Source: Thermoanaerobaculia bacterium (GTDB taxonomy: Bacteria; Acidobacteriota; Thermoanaerobaculia; UBA5066). Taken from it: DNA of 59,983 bases. The first letter of the stretch is position 1. The number at the start of each line of letters is the position of its first letter. The notes under the pieces were generated by a model, which was given only the letters and a program-made list of their open reading frames with translations, was not told the origin of the DNA and did not search any database. A program made the position numbers and the translations under genes. Where the stretch lies: the NCBI GenBank assembly GCA_036385755.1, contig DASVJU010000202.1:1-59983 (forward strand), read 5' to 3'. This document shows, one piece after another, positions 25,895-35,319 of the stretch.

Positions 25895-27351
25895 AGGGGA
25901 ACTCCTTGCAAGAAGAAACAGAAGAAGAAAAGAAGATTTCTTTGAAGGGAAAAGGAAGAGAAGAGAAGAACTGCTTCAGGGGAAGCGTCGCGCTTCTGGC
26001 TGCCGCTGCCCTCCTCCGGGTCGCCCCGGTTCTCGGGCAGACGCCGAGGCCCGTGACTCCCCTGTCGCCACCCTCCACCGCGACCGCTCCCTCCGGATTC
26101 CAACAGGCCTCCAACATCGACCTTTCCATCACGGGCAGCTCCAATGCGCGCCGCCCGCTCGCGATCCCGGTGACGATCGCGCCGCTCCTGCCGGAGCTCC
26201 AGACGAAGGCCGTCGATCCGTTCTACACGACCCTGGCCGACGACCTCGCGGGCTCGGGTGTCTTCGTCGTGGCCGATCCGGCGCTCTACCCGAAGGGGAT
26301 GCGCCCGCCGCAGAACCGCGAAGAGGGTGACATGTGGAAAGCCACGTCGGCCCAGTTCCTTCTCGATACGCGGCTGTCGCCGGAGGGCGGGAACGTGGTC
26401 GTCGAGGCGTCTCTGTGGGACCTCGGCACGCTGAAGTCCATCCTGAGCAAGAAATACACCGGCGAGCCCCGTGCGGCGCGCCGCATCGCCCACACCCTGG
26501 CGAGCGACCTCGTGCGCCAGTTCACCGGCAAGCCCGGCCCGTTCCTCACGAAGCTCGCCTTTTCCTCCGACCGCGACGAGCCGCGCGTGAAGGAGATCTA
26601 CACGATGGACTTCGACGGCGAGAGCCAGCGGCGGATCACATATTCCCGCACGCTGTCACTCGCTCCCGACTGGTCGCCGGACGGCACGAAGATCGTGTAT
26701 CAGTCCTACGAGAAGGACACGCCGGGGCTGTGGCTCATCGGAAAGGACGGGACCGAAAAGCGGCCCATTCCCGTTCCGACCCAGCTCAACGCATCTCCGT
26801 CGTTCTCACCGGACGGCAGGACGGTTGCGTTCTGCGGCAGCGTCCGGGGCAACACGGAGATCTTCACCGTCCAGACGGACGGTTCCTCTCTGAAACGCCT
26901 CACCGAAAACGCGGCGATCGACTCGACGCCCCGCTGGTCCCCGAACGGCCGCGAGCTCGCGTTCACGTCCAACCGCCAAGGCACGCCCCAGATCTTCATG
27001 ATGGACCTCGAAGGCGCGAATGTGAGGCGCGTGACGCTGGCGGGCAACTGGAACGACGAGGCCGCGTTCTCGCCCGACGGCGGGCGCCTGGCGTTCGCCT
27101 GCCGGAACGAGGGCGATTTCCAGATCTGCGTGATGGATCTCCTTTCAGGCCGGACCGTGCAGATTTCGAGCGGGTCCGGCGCCCACGAAGGACCAACGTG
27201 GTCCCCCGACGGCACGAAGATCGCCTGGGAGGTGCAGCACGGCAGCTCGACCCAGATCGCCATCGGGAACGCCGACGGCAGTGGAACGGCGCGTATCGTG
27301 ACGTCTTCCGGGAACAATTATTCCCCCTCGTGGATCAAGACGCTAGAATAG
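25891..27351 (+). CDS. tolB: Tol-Pal system beta-propeller protein TolB
   Basis: 486 aa. WD40-like PD40 repeats (SPDGTKIVY, SPDGRTVAF, SPNGRELAF, SPDGGRLAF, SPDGTKIAW). GTG 25891 (GTGA overlap). The first ~27 codons are a repeat copy. An alternative TTG start lies at 25942. Confidence 0.9.
   Translation: MKGNSLQEETEEEKKISLKGKGREEKNCFRGSVALLAAAALLRVAPVLGQTPRPVTPLSPPSTATAPSGFQQASNIDLSITGSSNARRPLAIPVTIAPLLPELQTKAVDPFYTTLADDLAGSGVFVVADPALYPKGMRPPQNREEGDMWKATSAQFLLDTRLSPEGGNVVVEASLWDLGTLKSILSKKYTGEPRAARRIAHTLASDLVRQFTGKPGPFLTKLAFSSDRDEPRVKEIYTMDFDGESQRRITYSRTLSLAPDWSPDGTKIVYQSYEKDTPGLWLIGKDGTEKRPIPVPTQLNASPSFSPDGRTVAFCGSVRGNTEIFTVQTDGSSLKRLTENAAIDSTPRWSPNGRELAFTSNRQGTPQIFMMDLEGANVRRVTLAGNWNDEAAFSPDGGRLAFACRNEGDFQICVMDLLSGRTVQISSGSGAHEGPTWSPDGTKIAWEVQHGSSTQIAIGNADGSGTARIVTSSGNNYSPSWIKTLE
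25894..25970 (+). repeat. GA-arm / TTTC-N3-GAAA element, solo copy forming the first codons of tolB
   Basis: ...CAAGAAGAAACAGAAGAAGAAAAGAAGATTTCTTTGAAGGGAAAAGGAAGAGAAGAGAAGAA. The 18-mer GAAGATTTCTTTGAAGGG (25932-25949) is identical to the reverse complement of 36197-36214. Confidence 0.8.
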
Positions 27352-27412
27352 TCATTCCACGGGGAGCGCCGTCCGGCTTATCCCCAACCCGCAACCAACG
27401 GAGGCTCGTTCC

Positions 27413-27967
27413 ATGAAGCAGTTCCTCAAGACCGGTTCCATCACCCTCGCTGCCGTCGCGTTCGTCGTGGCGTGTTCCAACAAGCCACCGGCCGCGCCGC
27501 CGCCTGCGCCGACACCCGCGCCGGTTTCGACGCCCACCGTCGTCACGATCGAACCGGTCGCCACGCCCACGCCGGCGCCGGCTCCCCGCGTGGATGACAG
27601 CATCGCGAACCAGCCGCTCAACGTGCTGAGCGGCAATCTCAAGCCCGCGTTCTTCGACTACGACAAGGCGGACATTCGTAGCGACGCGCGCGACGTCCTC
27701 GCCACGAATGCGAGCTGGTTGAAGAAGTACCCCTCCGTCCAGTTCACGATCGAGGGCCACACCGACGAGCGCGGCACGGCACAGTACAACCTCGCCCTCG
27801 GCGACCGCCGCGCGAACGCCGCGAAGGACTATCTCGTCTCCCTCGGCGTCGACGCGTCCCGGGTCAAGACCGTTTCGTACGGCAAGGAGCGTCCTTTCGC
27901 CACCGGACAGGACGAAGAGTCGTGGCAGAAGAACCGCCGCGCCCACTTCGTCGTCACCGGTAAATGA
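27413..27967 (+). CDS. pal: peptidoglycan-associated lipoprotein Pal (OmpA family)
   Basis: 184 aa. Lipobox VVAC. OmpA_C motif FDYDKADIRSDA...IEGHTDERGTAQYNLALGDRRA. Confidence 0.9.
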   Translation: MKQFLKTGSITLAAVAFVVACSNKPPAAPPPAPTPAPVSTPTVVTIEPVATPTPAPAPRVDDSIANQPLNVLSGNLKPAFFDYDKADIRSDARDVLATNASWLKKYPSVQFTIEGHTDERGTAQYNLALGDRRANAAKDYLVSLGVDASRVKTVSYGKERPFATGQDEESWQKNRRAHFVVTGK

Positions 27968-28860
27968 TCGGGGAGGAAGTGAACGGGGAGCGCGCCTCGC
28001 GCGCCATTCGTTCCGTCGCCGCCGCGGGGTTTCTCGCGGCGGCCGTCGGCTGCGTCAGCGGAAGCGATATCGACGGGCTTCACAAGCACCTTTCGACGGT
28101 CGAGAAGGAAGTCGATGTCGTCGCGAAGCAATCGTCGTCCAAGGACGAGGTCGCGAAGCTGAGCGAGAGACTCGCAAAGCAGGCGGAGACACTGCTGCGC
28201 TCGAATGCCGATCTCGGCACGAAATTCGACGACCTGACGCGCGAGATGCAGGCGCTCGCGGGCAAGCTCGAGGACGCCAATCGGCGCCTGACGCAGCTCT
28301 CGCAGCAAATCGCCGAGTCGCAGACGCACGCGGGCGCCGTCACAGGCAACCCGTCCGCCCCCGCTTCCGCGCCGCTGACCTCTCCGGCACCCGGCGGAAC
28401 GCCGGCCGGCGCGAGTCCGGGCGCCGTCGCGGCCTCCGGCGCCGCAGCCGGGGCAACGCCGCGCGCCGGAGGCATCACGCCCGCCGACCTCTTCGCGCAG
28501 GCGACGGCCGACTACCAGCGCGGCCGGTACGATCTCTCCCGGCAGGGCTTCGAGGACTACGCCGAGAAGTTCCCGCGCACCGACCTGTCGGACGACGCCC
28601 TCTATTGGGCCGGCGAATGCTGGTCGGCGCAGAAGAAGCCCCGCGAAGCGATCGCGGTCTTCGACAAGCTCTTCCGTTCCTATCCTCAGAGCGACAAGGC
28701 CCCGGCCGCTCACCTCAAGAAGGGCATCGCTCACCTCGAGCTGGGCGAGAAGGCTCAGGCCATGGTCGAGCTGAATTTCGTCGTCAACCAGTTTCCCGGC
28801 TCCGACGAGGCGAAGAGCGCGCGTCAGCGCCTCAAGTCTCTCGGCGGCGACTCGCGCTGA
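27964..28860 (+). CDS. cpoB: Tol-Pal system protein YbgF/CpoB (coiled coil plus TPR)
   Basis: 298 aa. N-terminal coiled coil and a C-terminal TPR block (YQRGRYDLSRQGFEDYAEKFPRTDLSDDALYWAGEC...). ATGA overlap with pal. Confidence 0.8.
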   Translation: MIGEEVNGERASRAIRSVAAAGFLAAAVGCVSGSDIDGLHKHLSTVEKEVDVVAKQSSSKDEVAKLSERLAKQAETLLRSNADLGTKFDDLTREMQALAGKLEDANRRLTQLSQQIAESQTHAGAVTGNPSAPASAPLTSPAPGGTPAGASPGAVAASGAAAGATPRAGGITPADLFAQATADYQRGRYDLSRQGFEDYAEKFPRTDLSDDALYWAGECWSAQKKPREAIAVFDKLFRSYPQSDKAPAAHLKKGIAHLELGEKAQAMVELNFVVNQFPGSDEAKSARQRLKSLGGDSR

Positions 28861-28890
28861 ATCTAGAGAGAAAGGCACACCCGAACCCCC

Positions 28891-29160
28891 ATGGCCAACA
28901 CCAAGCAAGCGAAGAAGCGCGCCGCGCAGAGCGATCGCCGGCGCGTCCGCAACCGCTCCGTCGTGACGAAGGTCCGCAACGTCGTGAAGAACCTGCGCAA
29001 GACGGCGGAGACCGAGGCCGCGAAAGTCGGCGCCCTCCTGTCGAACGCGGTCTCCGACCTCGACGTCGCCGTCCGCAAGGGCGTCCTCCACAGGAAGACG
29101 GCCTCCCGCCTGAAGTCGCGGATCTCGAAGACCGTGAACAAGGCGCAGAAGGCGAAGTGA
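28891..29160 (+). CDS. rpsT: 30S ribosomal protein S20
   Basis: 89 aa. MANTKQAKKRAAQSDRRRVRNRS... is the typical S20 N-terminus. Confidence 0.95.
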   Translation: MANTKQAKKRAAQSDRRRVRNRSVVTKVRNVVKNLRKTAETEAAKVGALLSNAVSDLDVAVRKGVLHRKTASRLKSRISKTVNKAQKAK

Positions 29161-29167
29161 GGTCCGG

Positions 29168-29791
29168 CTAGAACCCTTCCAGGATCGTCGTGACGAGGTT
29201 CTGGGCGAACGGGCGGGCCATGGCGTCGATGGCCTCCCGTTCGCGGTCGTAATACGAGCTCGCGCTCGACGGCACGGTATAGGGCTGCCGGAACAGGTAC
29301 GCGGGCTCCGCGAAGATCGGCTTGTCCGTCGCCTTCTCCGTGAGGACGAGTTTTCCCGTCACGGTCACCTGGTACTCGACCGCGATTCCGTTCGCATCGA
29401 AGCGCACGGGCGCGACGTTGCAGGACGTCAGATGCCCGGCAAGCTCCGCGTCCGCCGCCGACCGGTCGGAAACCGGCTTCAGGCGGCCGCGCGCTGACAG
29501 CTCGCGGATGACGGCGTCCGTGAGGCGCTGCTCGAGTCCGACGACCGTGGTGTCGTTGATGAACTGCGCCACGTAAACGGTCTTCACGGTCGCGGGGAGC
29601 GCGCTCGACCCTGTTCCCACCAGGGTGTACCCGCAACCGAAGAAACCGAAGACGAGAGAGAGACAAGAGGAGAAGAGAGAGATTTCTTTGAAAGGGAAAG
29701 AGTCACGGGCGCGGCACGGGCGCTTCGGCGCGGCGGCCGCTTGCCCGCGCCCGTTCGAAGAAATTCCCTTGTCCGAAATCTCTCTTCTCAC
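29168..29791 (-). CDS. lptE: LptE-like LPS-assembly lipoprotein (start uncertain)
   Basis: Lies immediately downstream of leuS, which is conserved leuS-lptE synteny. Lipobox-like FFGC followed by GYTL. About 155 aa mature size. The only in-frame start after the leuS stop is GTG 29791 (GTGA overlap), which gives an unusually long 52-aa pre-Cys leader encoded entirely by a repeat element. Confidence 0.55.
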   Translation of the reverse strand: MRREISDKGISSNGRGQAAAAPKRPCRARDSFPFKEISLFSSCLSLVFGFFGCGYTLVGTGSSALPATVKTVYVAQFINDTTVVGLEQRLTDAVIRELSARGRLKPVSDRSAADAELAGHLTSCNVAPVRFDANGIAVEYQVTVTGKLVLTEKATDKPIFAEPAYLFRQPYTVPSSASSYYDREREAIDAMARPFAQNLVTTILEGF

Positions 29792-29797
29792 TTCGCC
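29641..29797. repeat. complete inverted-pair element spanning the leuS stop and lptE start
   Basis: Plus arm 29641-29704 (GA arm plus GATTTCTTTGAAAGGGAAAGAG), a 49-nt GC-rich interior, and minus arm 29754-29797 (reverse complement GAAGTGAGAAGAGAGATTTCGGACAAGGGAATTTCTTCGAA). Confidence 0.8.
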
Positions 29798-32358
29798 ACG
29801 ATGTTCAGCAACCGATCCTGGACCCAGATGATCTTGACGCGTTGCTTGCCCTCGAGCCACTTCGCGATGACCGGATTCGCTTCCGCGGCCGACAATGCTT
29901 CTTTCTCATCCGCGCCTCTTCGAAGCTTGATCTCGGCCCGAACCTTCCCGGATACCTGCACGGCGATGGAGGCGACTTCCATCTCGGCGAGAGCCGGGTC
30001 ATACGCGGGCCAGCCCGAAACGAGGAGGCTCTTCTTGCCGCCCATCCTCTCGTTCAGCTCCTCCGAGAGGTGAGGCGCGATGGGATGGAGAAGCGTGACG
30101 AGCGTCCGAAGTGACGTCGCGGTCTCCCCCGGGTCCGCGCCCGCATCGCCGACGAGAGTCGTCGCATGGTTGAGGAACTCCATGAGGTGCGCCACGGCGG
30201 TGTGGAACGAGAACGCCCGGAAGTCCTCCGTGACCCTCTTCACGGCCATGTGGCGCGCGCGCGCCGCGGGCGTGTCGGCCGCCCCAGGCTGTCCCTGCGG
30301 ATCGGCGCCCGTCTGAAGGAACCGGTCGACCGTGGAGCGAACCCGCCAGAGGAAACGCTCGGGGCCGCTGATCCCCTCGTCGCTCCACTCGGCGTCCTTC
30401 TCCGGCGGTCCGAGGAAGAGCACGAACGCGCGGACGGCGTCGGCGCCCTTCTCGGCGATGAGCGGATCGAGGGATACGGCGTTGCCGCGCGACTTGGACA
30501 TCTTCTCGATGCGCCCGGTCGGAGACTGGCGGGTGATCATCCCCTGGTTGAAGAGCGCGGAGAACGGCTCCTCGAACGGCACGAGGCCGAGGTCCTTCAG
30601 GATTCGCGCGAAGAAGCGCGCGTACAGGAGATGGAGGATGGCGTGCTCGATCCCGCCGATATACTGGTCGACGGGTGTCCACTCTTTCGCGATCGCGGCG
30701 TCGAAGGGCGCCCGATCGTTCTTCGGGTCGACGTACCTCAGGTAGTACCAGGACGAGTCCACGAAGGTGTCCATCGTGTCCGTCTCGCGGCGCGCGGGGC
30801 CGGCGCACCTGGGGCACGTCGTGTTCACGAACGAGGCGACCTTCTCGAGGGGATTTCCGCCCTTGCCCGTGAACGGCGCGTCGGGAGGCAGGACGACGGG
30901 CAGGTCCTTCTCGGGCACCGGCACCCAGCCGTCCTTCTCGCAGTGGATCATCGGGATCGGCGTTCCCCAGTAGCGCTGGCGCGAGATCAGCCAGTCGCGG
31001 AGCCGGTACCGGATGCGCGGCCCGCCGATCCCGCGGCGGGCGGCCTCGGCTGAAATGAGTTCGCGGGCAGAGGAAGAAGATTCTGCTGAGAATGGGCCAG
31101 AGGCGACGAGGTTGCCTTCGCCCGTATATGCGGCCGACGGAGCACCGGCAATGCCAGGAGCGCCGCCCTGCCCCTCATCCCTTCTAAGAAAATCCGCGGT
31201 TTCCTCTTCTTCCTCTTTCCGAAGCAAATCCTTCTTCTCTTCTTCGATGACCTTGACGATCGGAATCCCGTACTTCTTCGCGAAGTCGAAATCGCGTGTG
31301 TCATGCGCGGGCACTGCCATGAGCGCGCCCGTGCCGTAATCGGCGATGACAAAGTTCGCGAGCCATACGGGCACTTCCCGACCGGTGAAGGGATTGATCG
31401 CCTTGCGGCCGGTGTCGCGGCCGTCCTTCTCGGCGCCCTCGGCCTCACGCACGATCCGCTCCTGGCTGCGGACGGACGCGACCCATGCCTCGAGTTCGGC
31501 CCTCTTCGGGTTCCCCTCGAGGAGGCGCGGGACGAGCGCATGCTCGGGGGCGAGGATGAGCGCCGTCGCGCCGAAGACGGTGTCCGGACGCGTCGTGAAC
31601 ACGCGCACCGTTTCCCCGAGCGACGGGATCGCGAAGTCGAGATCGGCGCCCGTGGACTTGCCGATCCAGTTGCGCTGCATCGTGACGACCTTGTCGGGCC
31701 ACTTGCCGAGCGTGTCGAGGCCTTCCAGCAGCCGCTCTGCATAGTCGGTGATCTTCAGGAACCATTGCTCCAGCTCGCGTGGGACCACGGGTGTGTTGCA
31801 GCGTTCGCAGACGCCCCCCTCGGCCTGCTCGTTCGCGAGCACGGTGAGGCACGAGGGGCACCAGTTGACCGCCGATTTCTTCCGGACGGCGAGGCCCTTC
31901 TCGAGGAGCCTGAGGAAGAACCACTGGTTCCAGCGGTAGTACTCGGGTTCGCAGGTCGTGACTTCCTTCGTCCAGTCGTAGAGGACGCCCCACGAGCGGA
32001 ATTGCTCCTTCATGGCCGCGATGTTCGCGAGCGTGGACGTGCGGGGATGGATTCCCTTCTGGATCGCGTAGTTCTCGGCGGGAAGGCCGAACGCGTCCCA
32101 GCCCATTGGGCAGAACACGGTCACGCCGGTCTGCCGGAGGAAGCGGTGGAGCGCGTCGGTCAGGAAGTAGGTCCGGGCGTGCCCCACGTGCAGGCGGTCG
32201 CCCGACGGGTACGGGAGCATGACGAGGAGGTACGTGCCTTCGCCCGCGGGCTTCTCGGTATCCACGAAGGCGGCCCGATCCGCTTCCCAGCGCTCGCGCC
32301 ACTTGGCCTCTATCCGGAGGATTTCGTCGCTCTTCGTCGTCGGCGTCACACTGCTCAT
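29788..32358 (-). CDS. leuS: leucine--tRNA ligase
   Basis: 856 aa. HVGHARTY (HIGH), KMSKSRGN (KMSKS), [18 protein letters not shown]. Confidence 0.95.
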   Translation of the reverse strand: MSSVTPTTKSDEILRIEAKWRERWEADRAAFVDTEKPAGEGTYLLVMLPYPSGDRLHVGHARTYFLTDALHRFLRQTGVTVFCPMGWDAFGLPAENYAIQKGIHPRTSTLANIAAMKEQFRSWGVLYDWTKEVTTCEPEYYRWNQWFFLRLLEKGLAVRKKSAVNWCPSCLTVLANEQAEGGVCERCNTPVVPRELEQWFLKITDYAERLLEGLDTLGKWPDKVVTMQRNWIGKSTGADLDFAIPSLGETVRVFTTRPDTVFGATALILAPEHALVPRLLEGNPKRAELEAWVASVRSQERIVREAEGAEKDGRDTGRKAINPFTGREVPVWLANFVIADYGTGALMAVPAHDTRDFDFAKKYGIPIVKVIEEEKKDLLRKEEEEETADFLRRDEGQGGAPGIAGAPSAAYTGEGNLVASGPFSAESSSSARELISAEAARRGIGGPRIRYRLRDWLISRQRYWGTPIPMIHCEKDGWVPVPEKDLPVVLPPDAPFTGKGGNPLEKVASFVNTTCPRCAGPARRETDTMDTFVDSSWYYLRYVDPKNDRAPFDAAIAKEWTPVDQYIGGIEHAILHLLYARFFARILKDLGLVPFEEPFSALFNQGMITRQSPTGRIEKMSKSRGNAVSLDPLIAEKGADAVRAFVLFLGPPEKDAEWSDEGISGPERFLWRVRSTVDRFLQTGADPQGQPGAADTPAARARHMAVKRVTEDFRAFSFHTAVAHLMEFLNHATTLVGDAGADPGETATSLRTLVTLLHPIAPHLSEELNERMGGKKSLLVSGWPAYDPALAEMEVASIAVQVSGKVRAEIKLRRGADEKEALSAAEANPVIAKWLEGKQRVKIIWVQDRLLNIVAK
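31068..31245. repeat. inward-facing pair of element arms inside leuS
   Basis: Plus arm 31068-31096 (GCAGAGGAAGAAGATTCTGCTGAGAATGGG). Minus arm 31171-31245 carries two cores (reverse complement GGATTTGCTTCGGAAAGAGG and GGATTTTCTTAGAAGGGATGAGGGG). Confidence 0.7.
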
Positions 32359-32395
32359 CGCAGCCGGCGAGTGTAAACGACCCGAAGGCCGCTCG

Positions 32396-33295
32396 TCAGC
32401 GCCGCGGGGGCGCCGCGAGAGCGCGGGGATCGAGGGGCGCGCCCTCGACGGCCTCCACGACGTTCGCGCCGCGCGGCCGATACAGGGTCAGGCCGCCCTC
32501 GGCCGTCTCGAGGACGGGCCGCTTCAACTCGGCCGAACGGTCCGCGACATCCACGTGAAAGCCCGCGGGCGGCTGCCGGTCCAGCGCGAGATGCCGTGCC
32601 GTTACCGTGTTCGCGAGGCCCCCGGGATCCGACGGGATCCAGCCCAGCCCGGGGACGAAGACCTCGATCCACCGATGACGAACGCCGCCGAGCTCCGGAT
32701 TGAATACGCTTCGGGATTCGGGGGTGAGCTCCCGGGCGCGCCGGGCGGCGAGGATGCCCGTGACCTGCCGGGCGGGAACCCCCGCCCGGAGGAGCAGCTC
32801 GGCCGCGAGGAGCGACCGCCCCACGCAGGAGCCCTGGCGGGCGCGGAGCGTGGCCGCAGCCGTCTCGGAAGATCCGTCGGGCAGCGCGTAGCGGATGCGG
32901 CGGGCCGTGAAGGCGATCACGCGCTCGACGGCTTCGAGAACCGTCTTCGTGTCTTTGAGAAGCCGCCGGGACAGTGAATCGAGCTCGGCATCCTCCGGGA
33001 GGGGATCCGCGAGCACGGCCCGCGCCTCGGTGGAAAGGGCTGCCGGTGAGGGAGGGAAGGCGGCATCCACGGTGAGGGGCGCAGCCGGAATCTCGACGCG
33101 CGCTTCCAGAGAACGCCCGTCCGGCGAGGAGAGCGCGATGCGATAGCCGGCTCCCTCGACCGGGCGCGCATAGCGCCAGGGCGCGGGCCCCTCGAGGCGA
33201 TAGCGGGCCCACTCTCCCGGAGACGGACCTTCCTGCGCCGCGGCCACGCCGGCACACGCGAGTGCGAAGGCGCAAAGCAACAAGCGGCGGCTCAT
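32396..33295 (-). CDS. secreted transglutaminase-like cysteine peptidase domain protein
   Basis: 299 aa with a signal peptide. Cys-His-Asp arrangement: QGSCVGRS ... HRWIEVF ... PSDP. Confidence 0.75.
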   Translation of the reverse strand: MSRRLLLCAFALACAGVAAAQEGPSPGEWARYRLEGPAPWRYARPVEGAGYRIALSSPDGRSLEARVEIPAAPLTVDAAFPPSPAALSTEARAVLADPLPEDAELDSLSRRLLKDTKTVLEAVERVIAFTARRIRYALPDGSSETAAATLRARQGSCVGRSLLAAELLLRAGVPARQVTGILAARRARELTPESRSVFNPELGGVRHRWIEVFVPGLGWIPSDPGGLANTVTARHLALDRQPPAGFHVDVADRSAELKRPVLETAEGGLTLYRPRGANVVEAVEGAPLDPRALAAPPRR

Positions 33296-33732
33296 TCCGC
33301 GCCCTCTCCGGCGGGAACGCGCGGGCCGAACGTGGCGCGGCGGATGGCATCGAGCACGCCGTTCACGAACGGACCGGAGGACGGAGTCGAGAACTTCTTC
33401 GCGATCTCGACGGCCTCGTCGATGACCACGGCGTCCGGGATGTCCTCTTCGAAGAGAAGCTCATAGAGCGCGAGTCGCAGGAGGTTGCGGTCGACCGCCG
33501 CCATCCGGCCGAGCCTCCAGTGTTCGGACCGCTCGGACAGCTTCGCGTCCAATTCGTCGCGCCGTGCGAGCGTCCCCAGGACGAGGCGTTGGGCGTATTC
33601 CTGGACCTCGGGACGCGCAAGGACGTATTCCTCCGTCCGGACGAACATTTCCTCGGGCACTGTTCCCGCGAGGTCGTTCTGGTAGAGAAGCTGAAGAGCC
33701 AGCTCTCGAGACTTTCGCCGGCGGCCGCTCAC
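33292..33732 (-). CDS. nusB: transcription antitermination factor NusB
   Basis: 146 aa. RELALQLLYQ, DRNLLRLALYELLF, AVEIAKKF. Lies downstream of ribH, the classical operon arrangement. Confidence 0.9.
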   Translation of the reverse strand: MSGRRRKSRELALQLLYQNDLAGTVPEEMFVRTEEYVLARPEVQEYAQRLVLGTLARRDELDAKLSERSEHWRLGRMAAVDRNLLRLALYELLFEEDIPDAVVIDEAVEIAKKFSTPSSGPFVNGVLDAIRRATFGPRVPAGEGAE

Positions 33733-33754
33733 ACGCGTCCCGTCCGCCCGGCCG

Positions 33755-34252
33755 TCAGCGCGCGGATCGCGAAGACTTGGCCGGAGCCTTCTTCAGGTTC
33801 GCGCGGAGGTCGGCGGCCTCGACGGCGGCCATGGCCGCCTCGAAGCCCTTGTTTCCACCCTTGGCGCCGGAGCGCTCCAGCGCCTGCTCGAGCGTGTCGC
33901 AGGTGAGGACGCCGAAAGCGACGGGAAGATCGAGCTCGAGGGAGACCTGGAAGACGCCCTTGGCCGTCTCTCCCGCCACATACTCGAAATGCGGCGTGCC
34001 TCCGCGCACGACGGCGCCGAGCGCCACGAGCGCGTCGAACCTGCCCGAGCGCGCGAGGTCGCGGAGGGCGAGCGGGATCTCCCAGGCGCCCGGCGCGCGC
34101 ACGAGAACGACATCCTCGTCGGCGGCGCCGGTCCGGCGGAACGCATCGAGGGCGCCATCGACGAGGCGCGACACGACGAGGTCGTTCGTCCGCGCGGCGA
34201 CGATGCCGAAGCGGCGTCCTCTGGAGGAAAGGTGGCCTTCGATCACGTTCAT
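33755..34252 (-). CDS. ribH: 6,7-dimethyl-8-ribityllumazine synthase
   Basis: Track ORF trimmed to ATG 34252 (MNVIEGHL...). VRAPGAWEIPLA, GAVVRGGTPHFEYV. 165 aa. Confidence 0.9.
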   Translation of the reverse strand: MNVIEGHLSSRGRRFGIVAARTNDLVVSRLVDGALDAFRRTGAADEDVVLVRAPGAWEIPLALRDLARSGRFDALVALGAVVRGGTPHFEYVAGETAKGVFQVSLELDLPVAFGVLTCDTLEQALERSGAKGGNKGFEAAMAAVEAADLRANLKKAPAKSSRSAR

Positions 34253-34274
34253 GGGACCGGAGAGTGTACCAGCC

Positions 34275-35285
34275 TCAGCGGGGCAGGAGCTCGCGGACGC
34301 GCGCGTGGGGACCTTCGGAGCCGAAATTCTCGTGATAGCGCGCGACGAAGTCCGCGATCGCGTAGCGCGGGGGCTGCGGACCGAGGGCTTCGAGGGTGTA
34401 GACGGCGGCCACGCTCCCGACACGCCCCGCGACTTCCCACGGCAGCCCGTAGTGCCGGGCCGCGAGGAGTCCGCCCCGGAAGGCATCGCCCACGCCCGTC
34501 GGGTCCACCGCGGGACCGCGCAGGCGGGCGGGCGGGATCCGGAAGCTGTTCGCGCCCTCGTGAGCCTCGGGTTGTCCGGCCTGCAGGCTGATCGTGGAGC
34601 CTTCGGCGCCGCGCGTCACGATGAGGACGGGCACCTCCTCGAGCATCTGGGCCTCCGAAAGACCCGTCTTCTTTTCGATGACGCCGAACTCGTACTCGTT
34701 CGCGATCAGGAGCACTGCGCCCCTCAGTCCGGCGAGGAGGTCGCTGCCAGAGAGTCGCGCGACCTGCTGGCTCGGATCGTAGACATAGGCGATGTGCAGC
34801 TCGCGACACTCCTTCGCGTACTTCGCCATCGCTTCGGGGTCGTTCGGCGAGATGACGGCGAGGCTCACGGCGCTCAGGGAGAGATCGCGGAAGGAGAGCG
34901 TCGTCGCGCGCGCCATGGCCCCCGTGTAGAACGTCGCGATCTGGTTCTGGCTCTGGTCCGTCGAGACGAAGAACGAGGCCGTGTAGAGGTCGTCGCAGAT
35001 GTGGAGAGCCGACGTGTCCACGCCCTGCTCGGCCAGCCAGCGGCTGTAGTCGAGCGCGTCGACTCCCGCAGTCGCCATGATGACGGGCTTGAGGCCGAGG
35101 AGCGCGAGCGTGTAGGCGATGTTCGGGGCCACGCCGCCCCGAACTTTCCGCATCGAATCCACGAGAAAGGAGACGGAGAGGCGTTCCATGCGGTCGGGCA
35201 CGACGACGTCGAGGAACTTCCCCGGGAACGTCATGAGGTAGTCGTAGGCGACGGAACCCGTGACGACGATGCGGCGTGCGGTCAT
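34275..35285 (-). CDS. PfkB-family carbohydrate/nucleoside kinase
   Basis: Trimmed to ATG 35285 (MTARRIVVTGS...), preceded by GAAAGAGGG. PfkB signature DPTGVGDAFRGG near the C-terminus. 336 aa. Confidence 0.8.
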   Translation of the reverse strand: MTARRIVVTGSVAYDYLMTFPGKFLDVVVPDRMERLSVSFLVDSMRKVRGGVAPNIAYTLALLGLKPVIMATAGVDALDYSRWLAEQGVDTSALHICDDLYTASFFVSTDQSQNQIATFYTGAMARATTLSFRDLSLSAVSLAVISPNDPEAMAKYAKECRELHIAYVYDPSQQVARLSGSDLLAGLRGAVLLIANEYEFGVIEKKTGLSEAQMLEEVPVLIVTRGAEGSTISLQAGQPEAHEGANSFRIPPARLRGPAVDPTGVGDAFRGGLLAARHYGLPWEVAGRVGSVAAVYTLEALGPQPPRYAIADFVARYHENFGSEGPHARVRELLPR

Positions 35286-35319
35286 CTGCCCTCTTTCTTC
35301 ACTCTTCAATCGTGGTTCT

